DNA from: Octopus vulgaris
Taxonomy: Eukaryota
Assembly: GCA_951406725.2 (NCBI GenBank)
Contig: OX597822.1
Span: 79,794,001-79,858,000 of the forward strand
Direction of reading: 5' to 3'
DNA: 64,000 bases
Both the position numbers and the translations under genes were made by a program. Of this stretch, positions 1-12,019 are shown piece after piece (within the stretch, counting starts at the first letter, position 1; each line of letters opens with the position of its first letter). Under the pieces are notes generated by a model that saw only the letters and a list, made by a program, of their open reading frames with translations, searched no databases and was not told the origin of the DNA.

Positions 1-54
1 AAAAACTAGTCCGAGAATCAAAAATATACGCTATACATATGGTATATTGCTAGT

Positions 55-650
55 CGACATTTTAAATTTAGCTTCGTGTCTGCAAGAATTCAAGAGTTCG
101 CTTCTTTGATTTAAAGAGTTATTGTCCCGGAATAAAATGAAATATTTTTCCAGCAGGCATCACATTTGATGGGTATTTTATGTGCACCGTGCATTTACGG
201 TGCAGCTCTATCCAAAATACTCCATGTCACATTGAAAGGTCGGGCTTATTTTTCTTTTAATTTCCAGACATATTTTGCCAGGCTGGTCTTCATACTATTT
301 TCGGGGTATCTGAAGGAATTTTTATGCGAATAGAATCGGGTTTCGAAAGAATTTTTAGAAGCCCCTGTATAAGTTCTATATTCGCGTGAGCCTTCTATCT
401 GCACTTTGGCTCTATACACGATTCCTTTATCCAGACATTTCCTTCCAACGTACAGGGGGATCCATCTTTGCAATTACAATTTTTAAGAAGAGAATCGGCA
501 CTATGGTTATTAGCAATTGTTGGTTAATGAAAGAGGCGAAGTTTCTGCAGCAAGAATAGCTGATCTTAAGCGTTCTTCTATTAAATATTCTATAAAACTT
601 ATGGTCAGGTTGAAAATACCTAGAGACTAATTAAAATTTTTAATGTATTA
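55..650 (-). mobile_element. Penelope-like element remnant (GIY-YIG endonuclease C-terminal region), degraded
   Basis: Translation CLDKGIVYRAKV...TYTGASKNSFETRFYSHKNSF...TSLAKYVWKLK matches the PLE GIY-YIG pattern. Upstream piece HKFYRIFNRRTLKISYSC and downstream CRHEAKF are present. Stops and frameshifts interrupt it. Confidence 0.8.
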
Positions 651-888
651 ATTGTATTAATCGAATTATATTTCATATATAATTATTGACAATATGTATT
701 TTGAATCCGCTCTTCGATATAAGATTTTTACTCGATTTTTTATAATAAGCTGAATTTATATTGAATTCATTTATTTTGTTTTTGTTTATCGTATGCTTAA
801 GACCGTTATTTGAAAGGCCCAATGAAACAAATCCATTTTTAAAGTTTTAACTAGTTTTGATCATATCGTTATTTCTATTCTATTTTAA

Positions 889-937
889 CAAAACTGTCCG
901 ACGAACGGGATCGTGAAACTCTGAGTAACAGCTTTTG
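889..937 (+). ncRNA. Type I hammerhead ribozyme motif (core variant CCGACGA)
   Basis: Stem I CAAAACTGT/ACAG(C)TTTTG; core 898-904; stem II ACG-GGAT-CGT; GAAAC-TCTGA-GTA. Lies next to, and inverted relative to, the PLE remnant. Confidence 0.7.
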
Positions 938-970
938 CTATATTTCTTATTTCTGCTGCTTTTAAATAAA

Positions 971-1034
<64 letters not shown>

Positions 1035-1037
<3 letters not shown>

Positions 1038-1219
1038 ACCGCGTGTGTACCGTTGGCGATTTTTTCCCCCCGTCTTCCCTTCTTTGGATCTTTCCTTTTC
1101 CTATGTTTCTGACGAAGAGCTCCGCTCGAAACGTTAAGCCCTCCTTCTTTCCTGAGCGTCCAATAATACTATACCTGTTCCACGTCCTCGCCATGTTGTG
1201 TTTTCATGTTTGGATTAAC
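1035..1219 (+). mobile_element. ~185-nt non-coding element with minimal hammerhead (1105-1139), inserted in (TA)n
   Basis: GTTT CTGACGA A GAGC-TCC-GCTC GAAAC GTT AAGC. A second copy of the same family lies at 61797-62000 on the - strand. Confidence 0.72.
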
Positions 1220-1236
1220 TATATATATATATATGC

Positions 1237-1436
1237 ATTAAAGAGAATTTCAGATGGGTTCAACAATTTAAATAAATACATATTCTGCCATGGTCGAAGT
1301 TTATCAGTGTTTAAATATACCAATGTATTAATATTCTAATGACTGATACATTGGTATATTTAAAAACTGATAAACATCGACCATGGCAGAATATGTATTT
1401 ATTTAAATTGTTGAACCTATCTGAAATTCTCCTTAA
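1237..1436. repeat. Long inverted repeat (~90-bp arms, short spacer)
   Basis: ttaaagagaatttcagatgggttcaacaat...ataccaatgtat versus atacattggtat...attgttgaacctatctgaaattctccttaa. Confidence 0.85.
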
Positions 1437-1522
1437 CACTTTCTTATACATTTGCATAACGGGTTTTTATCTGACCACTACTGCCTGCATAATAAACAAA
1501 GAAACTTTACTATAAATACATA

Positions 1523-2814
1523 CGAGGGGCGTTCAATAAGTAATGCCCCTGACCCACTTGCATTTGTTTGATCTAGCTGAAATTTTGCATGTGCAATTAT
1601 TTCTATCTCTATAGATTAAGTGGCAAATTACAGCTCTGAACTAATTGTGGTTTCCGATTTACAGGTGTTTGAACTGAGTCAAGTGTGAAATGGAGCCTGT
1701 TGAGTGTCGAGCAGTGATCCGGTTTTTGTATTTGAAAGGACGCATACCACGGGAGACTTTTGATGAAGTGAAAGTAACTTATGGTGATGATGCCCCATCA
1801 TATGACCTTGTAAAACGCTGGTATCGGGAATTCAAACATGGTCGGAACTCTGTGGAAACAGCTCCCAGATCTGGTCGCCCCCTTCTGCCATTGATGAGGC
1901 ATCTGTCCGTCAAGTTGAGGCTGCCATTTTGGAAGAATGACGCATAACTATTCGCCAAATAGCCCATGAGGTCAAGATTAGTATCGGGTCTGTGGAAACT
2001 ATCATTCATGACCATTTGCATATGCAAAAGGTGTCTGCCAGATGGATTCCCAGGTTGCTCACACCTTTCCAGAAGCAAGAACGCGTCGATTGCTCGAGGA
2101 TGAATTTGGAGATGTGCCAAGAAGATGAGTCAAAATTTTTCAAAAGACTGATTGCATAGGATAAAACCTGGGTCCATCACTATGATCCAGAGACCAAAGC
2201 CCAGTCAATGCAGTGGAAGCACCGTGACTCACCTCCTCCAAAGAAGGCAAGGGTGCAGCCCTCCGCTGGCAACGTCATGCTCACAGTCTTCTGGGACCAG
2301 GACGGAGTAGTGAAGACAGATTTCCTGGCAAAGGGTGCCACAATTACAGGAGTCTATTATGCTTCACTTTTGAGGAAATTAAGAGAAGCTATCAAAATCA
2401 AGAGGCGGGGCAAGATCAGCAAAGGCATCCTCCTCCTGCAGGACAACGCTCCGATCCACAACTCGCGTGTCGCCAGCTCAGAAGCACAGGCGTGCGGCTA
2501 TGAACTCATCCCCCACCTCCCCTACTCTTCTGACCTTCCACCCTCTGATTTTCACCTCTTCCCAGTCATGAAGTTGTTTTTGAAAGGAAAGCGTTTCCCA
2601 GATGATGCAGCCTTGATTTCTGAAGTCACGTCGTGGTTGGAGGACCAAGCTGGGGTCTTCTACAAAAACGGTCTTCAGAGCTGCATCAAACGATGGGAGA
2701 AATGCGTAACTCTGGGTGGTTCCTATGTAGAAAAGGACTAATAACTGTTCCAAGTTTCGTTGCTCTACTGCTATGGGAAGTGGGTCAGGGGCATTACTTA
2801 TTGAACGCCCCTCG
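1523..2814 (+). mobile_element. Tc1/mariner (mariner, D,D34D-type) DNA transposon, full length, inactive
   Basis: Perfect 37-bp TIRs (1523-1559 and 2778-2814, CGAGGGGCGTTCAATAAGTAATGCCCCTGACCCACTT) with TA on both sides; 1292 bp. Confidence 0.96.
1690..2741 (+). pseudogene. mariner transposase pseudogene
   Basis: HTH region, RSGRP, WIPRLL, DKTWVHHYDP, LQDNAPIH and PYSSDLPPSDFHLF motifs. Frameshift near 1880 and in-frame stops near 1938 and 2157. Confidence 0.93.
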
Positions 2815-2999
2815 TATGGATATATATGTAAATGGTTGAAATTTACAGAAAAACAAAAGACGAAGACAGGTGTATGAGCAACAAGCAGATGTATTAGTTT
2901 GACAGAAGGAGAGTGAGACAGAAAGAGAGAGAAAGAGAGCGACAAATGGTGTCTGGTTTTAGTTTCAATTTGTGGGACAAACAGATAGAATCTCTCTGT

Positions 3000-3096
<97 letters not shown>

Positions 3097-3097
<1 letters not shown>

Positions 3098-3262
3098 CGA
3101 CGGACTTCTTTCAGTTTCCGTCTGCCAAATTCACTCATAAGGCTTTGGTCAGCCCAAAACTATAGTAGAAGACACTTGCTCAGGGTCCCACGCAGTGAGA
3201 CTGAATCCGGAACAATGTAGTAGGGAAGTAGGTTTCTTTTAACACAGCCATACCTGCGCCTA
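3097..3262 (-). mobile_element. tRNA-derived SINE (CORE-like family), head only
   Basis: Reverse complement reads GGCGCAGGTATGGCTGTG (A box)...GGATTCAGTCTC (B box)...TGAGCAAGTG. Same family as 10231, 30514, 45660 and 46505. Confidence 0.8.
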
Positions 3263-4607
3263 TTTCGTGAATAGAATTATATTGTTGTTGCTCTGTGTAG
3301 GCTTTGTTGTGCCTTCCTTAGTATTATTTCCACCTTTGCCACGTCATCGTATGTCTTTCTGTTCGGCAGTTTTCATGTTGGTTTGCGAAATATATATTCT
3401 GGAGACTATAACGTCACAGCACCTCATTTCTTTTCATCACGAATCATATTTTTGTGTAGTTATCTTTCATTTTTAACCAAACAAACAGCGCATTCCTGGA
3501 AAATTTTACATAAATACTGACACAGTCAACTTGCCGGGGTATTTATTTTTTATATTATTCTAACTAATGTCTGCTTCAGAACAGTTACTGAATTTCTTCA
3601 ACAAATATTCCATAACAAATTATGTGTTGCGTGGATCTCGATTCGTTGTTTGTGTCTGGATTTTTGCTTGTTATTCTGATATAGTCTTTGTCGGTTGATC
3701 CCTTTTGTGATACTTGCAACTTATAGTATACTTCTTTTTAGGTAATTTCCTCTTCATGAGGACAGCTTTGTTCCTTTGCAGCTATTCTGATTTCGTGTTT
3801 CAGCTACAGATGATTGATGATCATCCATGGTTACACAAGGTCCAGTGTTCTTCCCTGCAGGGTGAAGTGATATCTTGAGCAAGTGTCTTTTCCTTTATCC
3901 TCGGCTCGTGCTTCGTGAGTCAGATTAGATAAACGGAAACTGTGTGAAGACCATTGTGTAGATTGTACTTCAAATATTTCAATTACTTTAATGTTTAAGT
4001 TTTTTATGTTTATTTATTTATTACTTTGTCCTATAAATATTCTAATATATTTTCCCTATGAATTTCATCCTATTATATCTTTTCATATTTAGTGCTATTC
4101 AATTGTATTTTTTTATCCACTTCAATTGTCAGTTTTAATTTTTTATGGCTTCTATTACAAGTACAAAGAGAGAGCTGCTACGGTCCACCCTATTTTTCCA
4201 TGACCAATCAAGCAAGACATTCTAAATACCTCTGTCCCTATCAAGCTATGGCCTATATTTAATGTCCCTGGATGTTGTATAAGTAATCTCACTCTGCACG
4301 CTTGAAATAATGATCAATATTACCATTTATTATTTATCAATTATCATTCGCACTCAGGATTCTGTAAAAAGAACAGCTATTCAGAAAAACCCTATCATTA
4401 CACACCCGTTCAAACACAAACAAAAATCCACATAAAAGGGCAAATAACACGACCATCCCCTCTAAACCGCTCTAAAAGCAATAATAAGAACAACATCCAA
4501 GCTGTTGCTTTTCACTACACATCGCATTTTTTGCCATATTCTATGTTACCAATCATATTCCGGGTTTGTAACACACACACACACACACACACACAGACAC
4601 ACACAGA

Positions 4608-4679
<72 letters not shown>

Positions 4680-6041
4680 AACTCATGTCTTATACTATTC
4701 TCAAATTCTTATATAATAGTTTAGATTATGATTATATAAGAATTTGAAGTGGGAAACGGAGGAGGGGAATATTTTATGCACTTCGACTTTGTTTCCTCAT
4801 TGATATAATGATTTAGTTACAATCATTTTGAGAAAAAAATCTTATTTCCAGACAGCGTATCCATTAATTATTATTTTCTTTTAATAAGATCGACAAAGAA
4901 AGCAAAATTACTGTTTATATGATTGTAGTTTCGCGACAGTTTTAGTAATAATACTGAATCGAATTAAAATACCTGGCGGTATTTCTTTACACTGAGTTCG
5001 TGTTTTAAACACTGCCATAAAATTTGATTGCTATTTCTAGAACATCAAGCTATCATTTTGAAGTTCCCTGGTTGGTCTCGTTTATTATGGTGCTGACAAT
5101 GGTGATGTTTGACTTTGAAACATTGTTTTGTACAGGAACGTAGTCTTGATAAACCAGAAATGCTAGCACTAAATATGACAATGTACATAGCTATACTTCA
5201 GCGTAATCGGGACTTCCAGTCCTACAAACTAATCAAGGACTTAAAAAAAATAATAAAGAACGCCAAGCTATATAATTTGCAATATTTATTCAGCCTTTTA
5301 ACGTTCTGTGAAAAAGCGTAGACTATTAAATTCTTGGGCTTATGACCGTAATGTTGTGGGTTCCATTTCGATGTATCCTAAGCTAAGACAATTCTTTTCA
5401 CGTTGACAGAGCCCATTCAGATGTAAAGGTGTTTGTTACAGATTGTCGTCTTGCGAGACTTCTGGCCTAAAATCTTGCAAATACAAGATGTCGACGGCCC
5501 TTGATAGCTGCTGCATACTGTGCAAGGGTTGAAAATTTTCTGTTACCGAACTCAAAATGAGGATAGCGATATACTTTGAGTAAATTCAAACGTTCCAGTA
5601 GCAGCCATAGCCATCATTGAGCAAACTTTTAAGCAAAGACATTCTAACCCTTACTATCCCGTTGTTTTTATTCCAGACACTATACAACTAGGATACAATA
5701 TCTAAAATGTCGTCTTAGACAGTAGGGAATTAATTGGGAGAGATTTTGCAGTTCTTTCACGCATTTGAAGTGATATCCCAATAAAGTAGGTAGGTACCAA
5801 CTACATATTGGGAGAGATAGATTTTTGGTAATTCCTTCGAAGGAATTGTCCTCTTGTATTCATGATCGTACTCTTTCGGTCATTACCCAGCATTTTCACT
5901 TAAATGTTTCTTAGTTCCGATATCAGAAGTGCTATGATGTTTGTGTCATCGTTTTATTCTTTCTGTTTATTCTAAGTTTACACATTGCAACGGTTTTATC
6001 TGATTTTCTTTGAAGGTTCTGAGATGGAAACATGACATAAG

Positions 6042-6053
6042 ATGAATCCTGAG
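6042..6053 (+). CDS. CHS: Chitin synthase first coding exon (M-N-P-E); exon spans 6016-6053
   Basis: Acceptor ttttctttgaAG at 6014-6015 and donor GAG|gtatgt at 6054. Phase 0 joins exon 8359. In-frame TGA at 6033-6035 lies upstream of ATG 6042. Confidence 0.6.
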
Positions 6054-6334
6054 GTATGTAAAGTTTAATTTTATTCAGCCATTTAAAATTTTCACTGGTT
6101 AACTACTTTAGTTGGTTTCAACAGCTAACTGAAGTTGATCGGCAGCTGGAGAAAATGATCAGTATAAAAACCATACGCTTATAATAAAGATAAAGACTCT
6201 CTCCCCTCCCCACTCTGGCCCTTTTTTCTTTGTCTGATTCTCTATCTGTATTTCTCTGTGAGTATATATACATATACACGAGGGAATAAACGAAAAAAAT
6301 TAGCACTTAACAGTCGGGGTAGAATATAATTTCA

Positions 6335-6955
6335 AATTTTGGCTCAAAGTTAGCAATTTCAATTTACATCGACCCCAGTACTCAACTGAGACTTATTTTA
6401 TCGACTTCGAAAGGATGAATGGCAAAGTCGACCTCGGCTGAGTTTGAAATCAGAACGTAAACATGAACGAACTGCCGCTAAACACTTGGCCTGGCGTGCC
6501 AACGGTTCTGTCAGCCCGCTGCCTTAAGGTGAGGTAAAATGTCATCTGTTCTATTATTTACATTATTTAATTTATTGGAACTCGTAGAATCACAAAATTC
6601 CTAACAGTATTTGTTCATTTTTTTTGTTTCGTTTGTTTCAAATCCTAACTAATTCGACTTTGCCTTTCATCCTTTTGGGGTCGATTAAATAAGTACCAGT
6701 TACGCACTAGGGTCGATATAATCGACTTAATCCGTTTGTCTGTCCTTGTTTGTTCTCTGTGTTTAGCCCCTTGTGGGTAGTAAAGAAATAGGTATTTCGT
6801 CTGTCTTTACGTTTTGAGTTCAAATTCCGCCGAGGTCGACTTTGCCTTTCATCCTTTCGGGGTCAATAAGTTAAGTACCAGTTGCGTTCTGGGGTCGATC
6901 TAATCGACTGGATCCCTTCTCAAAAACTTCGGGGCTTGTACCTAGAGTAGAAAAA
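6335..6955. mobile_element. Cluster of second-family tRNA-derived SINEs (Nin/Deu-like domain), both orientations
   Basis: Repeated GTTCAAATTCCGCCGAGGTCGACTTTGCCTTTCATCCTTTCGGGGTCGAT...AAGTACCAG. Further copies near 8190, 21316-21690, 29410-29646 and 37860-38200. Confidence 0.75.
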
Positions 6956-7906
6956 AATATTTGTTCCGACCCTTTGTGTTGTCAGTTCAAATTCCGCTGT
7001 AGCCTCCTTATGTGACAACCTTAATATTTCTCCCGGTTTAACACCACCATTTGACCCTTGGGTATCTCTTACAGAGTCTATTCTTCTGAAAACATGCAGG
7101 TCACCAGAAGTGAAGGCCCTCTAAAGGGGCATAGACATTACCCTTCTCTTCTAAGATATTTAAAAATCAATAATTAAATTTGCGTGGATTTTCTCTCCAA
7201 TACAATATTTGAAAAGTTTTTGATTCTAATGTAACAAATCATCCTCGCTGGCAGATGTTTAGTTCTATGCCAAACTTGATCCAACAAACCTATTATCAAA
7301 GATGTTCCTTGTGACTCTCGTCTTTCTGTTTTCTGACAAAGTATATCTAGAACAACATTATCTAATGTGACTTCCTCTTAAAAGTACTGGTGTTATTTCA
7401 GACATTTATTTGACATCTGTTTTCTAACAGGTTGAGCAACCACAAAATGGTTTCGTCTCGACTTGCTTGATCCAGATTGTATGTACGTGAAAAAATGTGT
7501 GCGTTTATGGTAGGGAAACAGCTGTTATGGCTGCAACAGGAAATAATTTGTCAGTAATAGTTTAGCATGAATAACCTACGATTACTACTGAACTCTCTTT
7601 GGAGGAAAGACACGCACACGATTTATATTGATTTACATCCGATATACAATTGTATAGTAGCTGTCATACCTGAATATAGATCTTATTAATTTAGAATGTA
7701 ATCAGTTTTTAGATTATTATTATTTATACTTTTACAAAATGTCAACTTCGAATTTACTTTCAAATATACACAAAGTAATCCAGGAATTTCGTTCTATGAA
7801 TACAGTACAGAATGTATTTGGCCTAATTGTAAAGGATCGAATGTAATTTTATCTTTTTATATACAATTACTTTTTTAAGGATTATACGCATTTCTACTGT
7901 CTATTT

Positions 7907-7937
<31 letters not shown>

Positions 7938-8358
7938 CCATCCCGTACACTTTACTGTCTCGGGTCCAAGAACTCATAGGACCGCTTGCCCAGTTTCCAT
8001 GTCGTACAAGTGACCGAGATCCTAACATAATCCCTAAAATGGACGCCAGTCCCTTACAGGGTTACTCATCGACTGGAGCAATGTGGAATGAAATATTTTG
8101 CACAAAAAAACACAAGGCACTGTCCATTCCAGGAATCGAAACCAGATTCTTATGATAAAGAGTGCTATACTCTTACCAGTGGGCCTCGCGCCGAGTTCAA
8201 ATGCCACCCAGGTCGACTTTGCCTTCCATACTTTTAGGGTCGATAAAATATGTACAGTTGAGCAATGGGGTCGATGTAACCGACAAGTCCCCTCCTGCCA
8301 AATTCCAGGCCTTGTGCCAATAATAGAAAAGGTCATAATTATTAAAATTTTTTTTCAG

Positions 8359-8468
8359 ATCCTGTTCAACATTATTGGCTTCATTTTAAACACATTCCTC
8401 TTTACATTAACCAAAATCAGTTTTCTCTATTTATTGCACCTTCACGAGCACGAATCCAAAGAAACATG
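8359..8468 (+). CDS. CHS: Chitin synthase exon 2 (N-terminal TM: ILFNIIGFILNTFLFTLTKISFLYLL...KETW)
   Basis: Acceptor tttttttcAG and donor TG|gtatgt. Phase 2 completes TGG (W) with the G at 11305. Hydrophobic helix resembles the first TM of animal CHS. Confidence 0.8.
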
Positions 8469-8633
8469 GTATGTACATCTATTTCTCTTATAACAATTCT
8501 TTGAAAATATCCATGAAATCAGTTCATGTTATGTTGTTTGTACAAAAACTTTATCAACTAATCTGAGTGGGGATGCGTTTACGTGCACATACACGCACAT
8601 ACTTAAATACACACATGGATAGGTACATAGATT

Positions 8634-8694
<61 letters not shown>

Positions 8695-9335
8695 TCGTCA
8701 ATTTCCACATATCATTTACCCGCTACAGAAAAAAACCCGAAGAACTGAAATCGGGGAAGCCGGCCGATAGAATTTTTTTTAAAAAGTTCGTTATTTCTAT
8801 ATTGAATGAATTTCGGAATTAATCTCATAAAAGATTCTTTCCTCTTCAGTAGAACATACGAAAGGATATAAATAAGATACATGCGCCCATGGAAAAAACC
8901 CGAAGCAAAAATCATGAGTACATATAAGTACCCCAGATATATCTAAAAATAAAATTCTTTGGCCAGCCTCAGCACAACGTGTTGACTGATTTTCAATACA
9001 GGTTACAGTGGTTACCAGTCCCTATAGTGAGTAGTAATAAGTCTACTACTAATATGTGGCAGCATATTAAAATACCTTTACGGTTAAAATTATAAACAAC
9101 TTATAAGTAAGGGCTAAAGAAAATTATTTCAATGCCAATATGCTGATAACAGTCTATTAAATCGTCAATTTCCACATATTATTTACCCGCTACAGAAAAA
9201 AAAACACGAAGAACTGTAATCAAGAAACCACCTTCAAGCAACTCAATCAATATTGAACGACGTTATCTATTATAGAGATATATAAATTATCAAATTAATA
9301 CCTGCAATTTCTAATCTGATTCATAAACATTAGAT

Positions 9336-9440
9336 AGACTACGCGCGTTTCATGACAATAAATCTATCGATATTGCTAAAGTAGAAGGTCTCGAAATTCA
9401 ATATTTTATTGATCCGACTATACTGCCATTCTTTAGGTCT
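9336..9440 (-). ncRNA. Type I hammerhead motif with long stem II insert (core mutated CTAAAGA); inverted half-copy with intact CTGAAGA at 9568-9641
   Basis: Minus strand reads AGAC CTAAAGA ATGGCAGTA...TATTGTCAT GAAAC GCGC GTA GTCT. Stem III is the palindrome ACGCGCGT. Confidence 0.7.
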
Positions 9441-9805
9441 GGATTATAAAACACTATTTTACTACTTACAACCTATATAGAGACATGATAATTAAACTTA
9501 TACATTTAGAAGTCATCGAAACAATTAATCTTAACTAAAAACGAACGAAATAAAGCATAAAAAATCCAGACCTGAAGAATAGCAGTATAGTCGGATCGAT
9601 AAAGTATTGAATTTCGAGACCTTCTACTTTAGCAATATCGATTAATTGCTAATAACTCTTCAATTATTGATTTATAGCGAAAAATAGTTTCACATCATTA
9701 ATTAGGATATAAAAGTGTATCATTACACTGAATATGAGATCAATTCAAAAATTCAAACAGAATTGATGCTGGCAGCCAAACCGATAAGATCCCATATATA
9801 TATAC

Positions 9806-10189
9806 AAAGTAGATGTATGTTGTTAACGTAATGTGACAGTCCCATGAAGGGAATAATGCTACTGCTATTTAGCTCTAGGAAGCAGCACCGCTTCCTGCCA
9901 GCCTTGACACATTTCCTGTGTCCTTATGTTTACAAGGGGAACATAAGCACCTCCACCCACCAAAGCCATCACCTAGAAACTAGTTTTTGAGTCATTGCAT
10001 GTCTTCAGAAACTAGTCCCTGGAGGCTGGCTTAGCTGGGTGGAGGTGCTTATCTCCCCCTTGTAAACATAAGGACGCAGGAAATGTGTCAAGGCTGACGG
10101 GAAGCGGTGCTGCTTCCTAGGGCTAAATAGTAGTAGCATTATTCCCTTTATGAGACTGTCACATTAAGTTGATAGCATACAACTACTTT
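9806..10189. mobile_element. Fold-back/MITE-like element, ~160-bp inverted arms
   Basis: aaagtagatgtatgttgttaacgtaatgtgacag...aagcca versus tggctt...ctgtcacattaagttgatagcatacaactacttt; no ORF. Confidence 0.8.
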
Positions 10190-10230
10190 ATCGTATCACT
10201 ACTGCATAATTCTCTGAGAGATTTAGAAAT

Positions 10231-10668
10231 GAGTGACTGTGTGGTAAGTAGCTTGCTTACGAATCACATGGTTCCGGGTTCAGTCCCACTGCGTGGCACC
10301 TTGGGCAAGTGTTTTCTACTATAGTCTCGAGCCGACCAAACCCTTGTGAATGGATTTGTTAGACGGAAACTGAAAGAAGCCCGTCGTATATATATATATA
10401 TATATAATATTAATTAGAGACAAAACCACTATTATGCAAATATATGTGTGTATGTGTATATGTTTGTGTGTCTGTGTTTGTCCTCCCAACATCGCTTGAC
10501 AACCGATGCTGGTGTGTTTACGTTTCCGTAACTTAGCGGTTCGGTAAAAAAGACCGATAGAATAAGTACTAGGCTGACAAAGAATAAGTCGTGGGGTCGA
10601 TTTGCTCGACTAAAGGCGGTGCTCCAGCATGGTCACAATCAAATGACTGAAACAAGTAAAAAGAGTAA
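10231..10668 (+). mobile_element. tRNA-derived CORE-like SINE, near full length with internal microsatellite
   Basis: A box TGACTGTGTGG, B box GGTTCAGTCCC, ACCTTGGGCAAGTG core, internal (TA)/(TG) tract and tail ...ATGACTGAAACAAGTAAAA. Confidence 0.85.
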
Positions 10669-10682
10669 AACAAATAGTATAT

Positions 10683-10729
<47 letters not shown>

Positions 10730-11304
10730 ATGCATATATATATATGTATGTATGTATGCATGTATGTATGTGTGTATGTATGTATGTATGTGTGTGTGTA
10801 TGTATGTATGTATGTATGTACGTATGTACGTATGTATGTATATATATATATGATCTCATTAGTATGCATACAGGAAAAAATATCAGATCCGCACAAAGAA
10901 TGAAATTCATAAATATTCATTTAATAAAAAGAAAAAAAAAGGTTTACATTACATGCATTGAAAATGGATGTTGTAGCAATAAATCTGACTCCCTTTCTGC
11001 AGTTTTGCAATAATATACGTATATGCTATGCGATATACACGCAACGAATTCTTGAAAGGAAACATCGAAGAAACAGCCCTTCTAAAGTCTTCTATTTGCT
11101 TTCCGTACTTGGACCCTAAATAGCTGAGAATAATATACGTCCTGACTGAGTGCCAAGGAGAGAAAAAACAAAAAACGAACGAATTTCTCTGAAAACAGTA
11201 TTAGAATAATCAATATCATGGAATCACGATCGTATTTGTCTTATCGTTAAAAAAGCGTTTCCACGATGGAAGGTTTTTAATAATTTCCCTTTTTCTCTTT
11301 GCAG

Positions 11305-11431
11305 GATAGCTTCAATGGCATTAGTGCTTGCTGCACCCGAAATTATTTCTATCGGCAAACTTTTGTGGTGCTCGTCTTTTCTTGCCTATGGCAAATTAAG
11401 CGAATGGCCGTCGCTACCATCTTTTCTATTA
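11305..11431 (+). CDS. CHS: Chitin synthase exon 3 (IASMALVLAAPEIISIGKLLW...PSFLL)
   Basis: Acceptor ttctctttgcAG and donor TTA|gtacgt. Resembles the animal CHS 'W....AF.VPE....RS' segment. Confidence 0.85.
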
Positions 11432-12019
11432 GTACGTCACAACTTTAATATTTTGTTTCTTTTCATTCATAAGTTCCTAACAGCGTTTTCCTCATTGTGT
11501 TTGTGTATGTAGGTATTGGCCGATATTCGAATGTCACGCTGCATGTCATTTTACCAGTAATCATCATCTTTTACCCTTCACTTTTTATAGTCATTCGACA
11601 GGGGCCATACTGGGGCTCCTTCTTGAAGGGTGTTAGTCGAAAAAATCAGCCCCAGTATTTAGACATTATTTACATTATTTACAATTGACGGATATTTGTC
11701 CTCATCTTATTTATTGTTAACACAACGTTACGGCTCATATACCCACCTGCCTTCATTAGGTGAGTCCCACTCTATTTGTATTGTGCTGTCCTGTACAGTC
11801 CCCAATCTTTTGTATGGACGATCAGTAGTAAATAAAGGAAAGATAATCATCATCATCATCATCATCATCATTTAACGTCCGCTTTCCATGCTAGCATGGG
11901 TTGGACGGTTCAACTGGGGTCTGGGGAGCCCGAAGGCTGCACCAGGCCAGTCAGATCTGGCAGTGTTTCTACAGCTGGATGCCCTTCCTAACGCCAACCA
12001 CTCCGAGAGTGTAGTGGGT

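Noticed and set aside
1690-2741. SETMAR-like host gene
   Set aside because: No SET domain; bounded by TIRs and TA; contains stops and a frameshift.
10231-10300. tRNA genes
   Set aside because: The A/B boxes belong to SINE heads that continue into SINE bodies; no complete cloverleaf.
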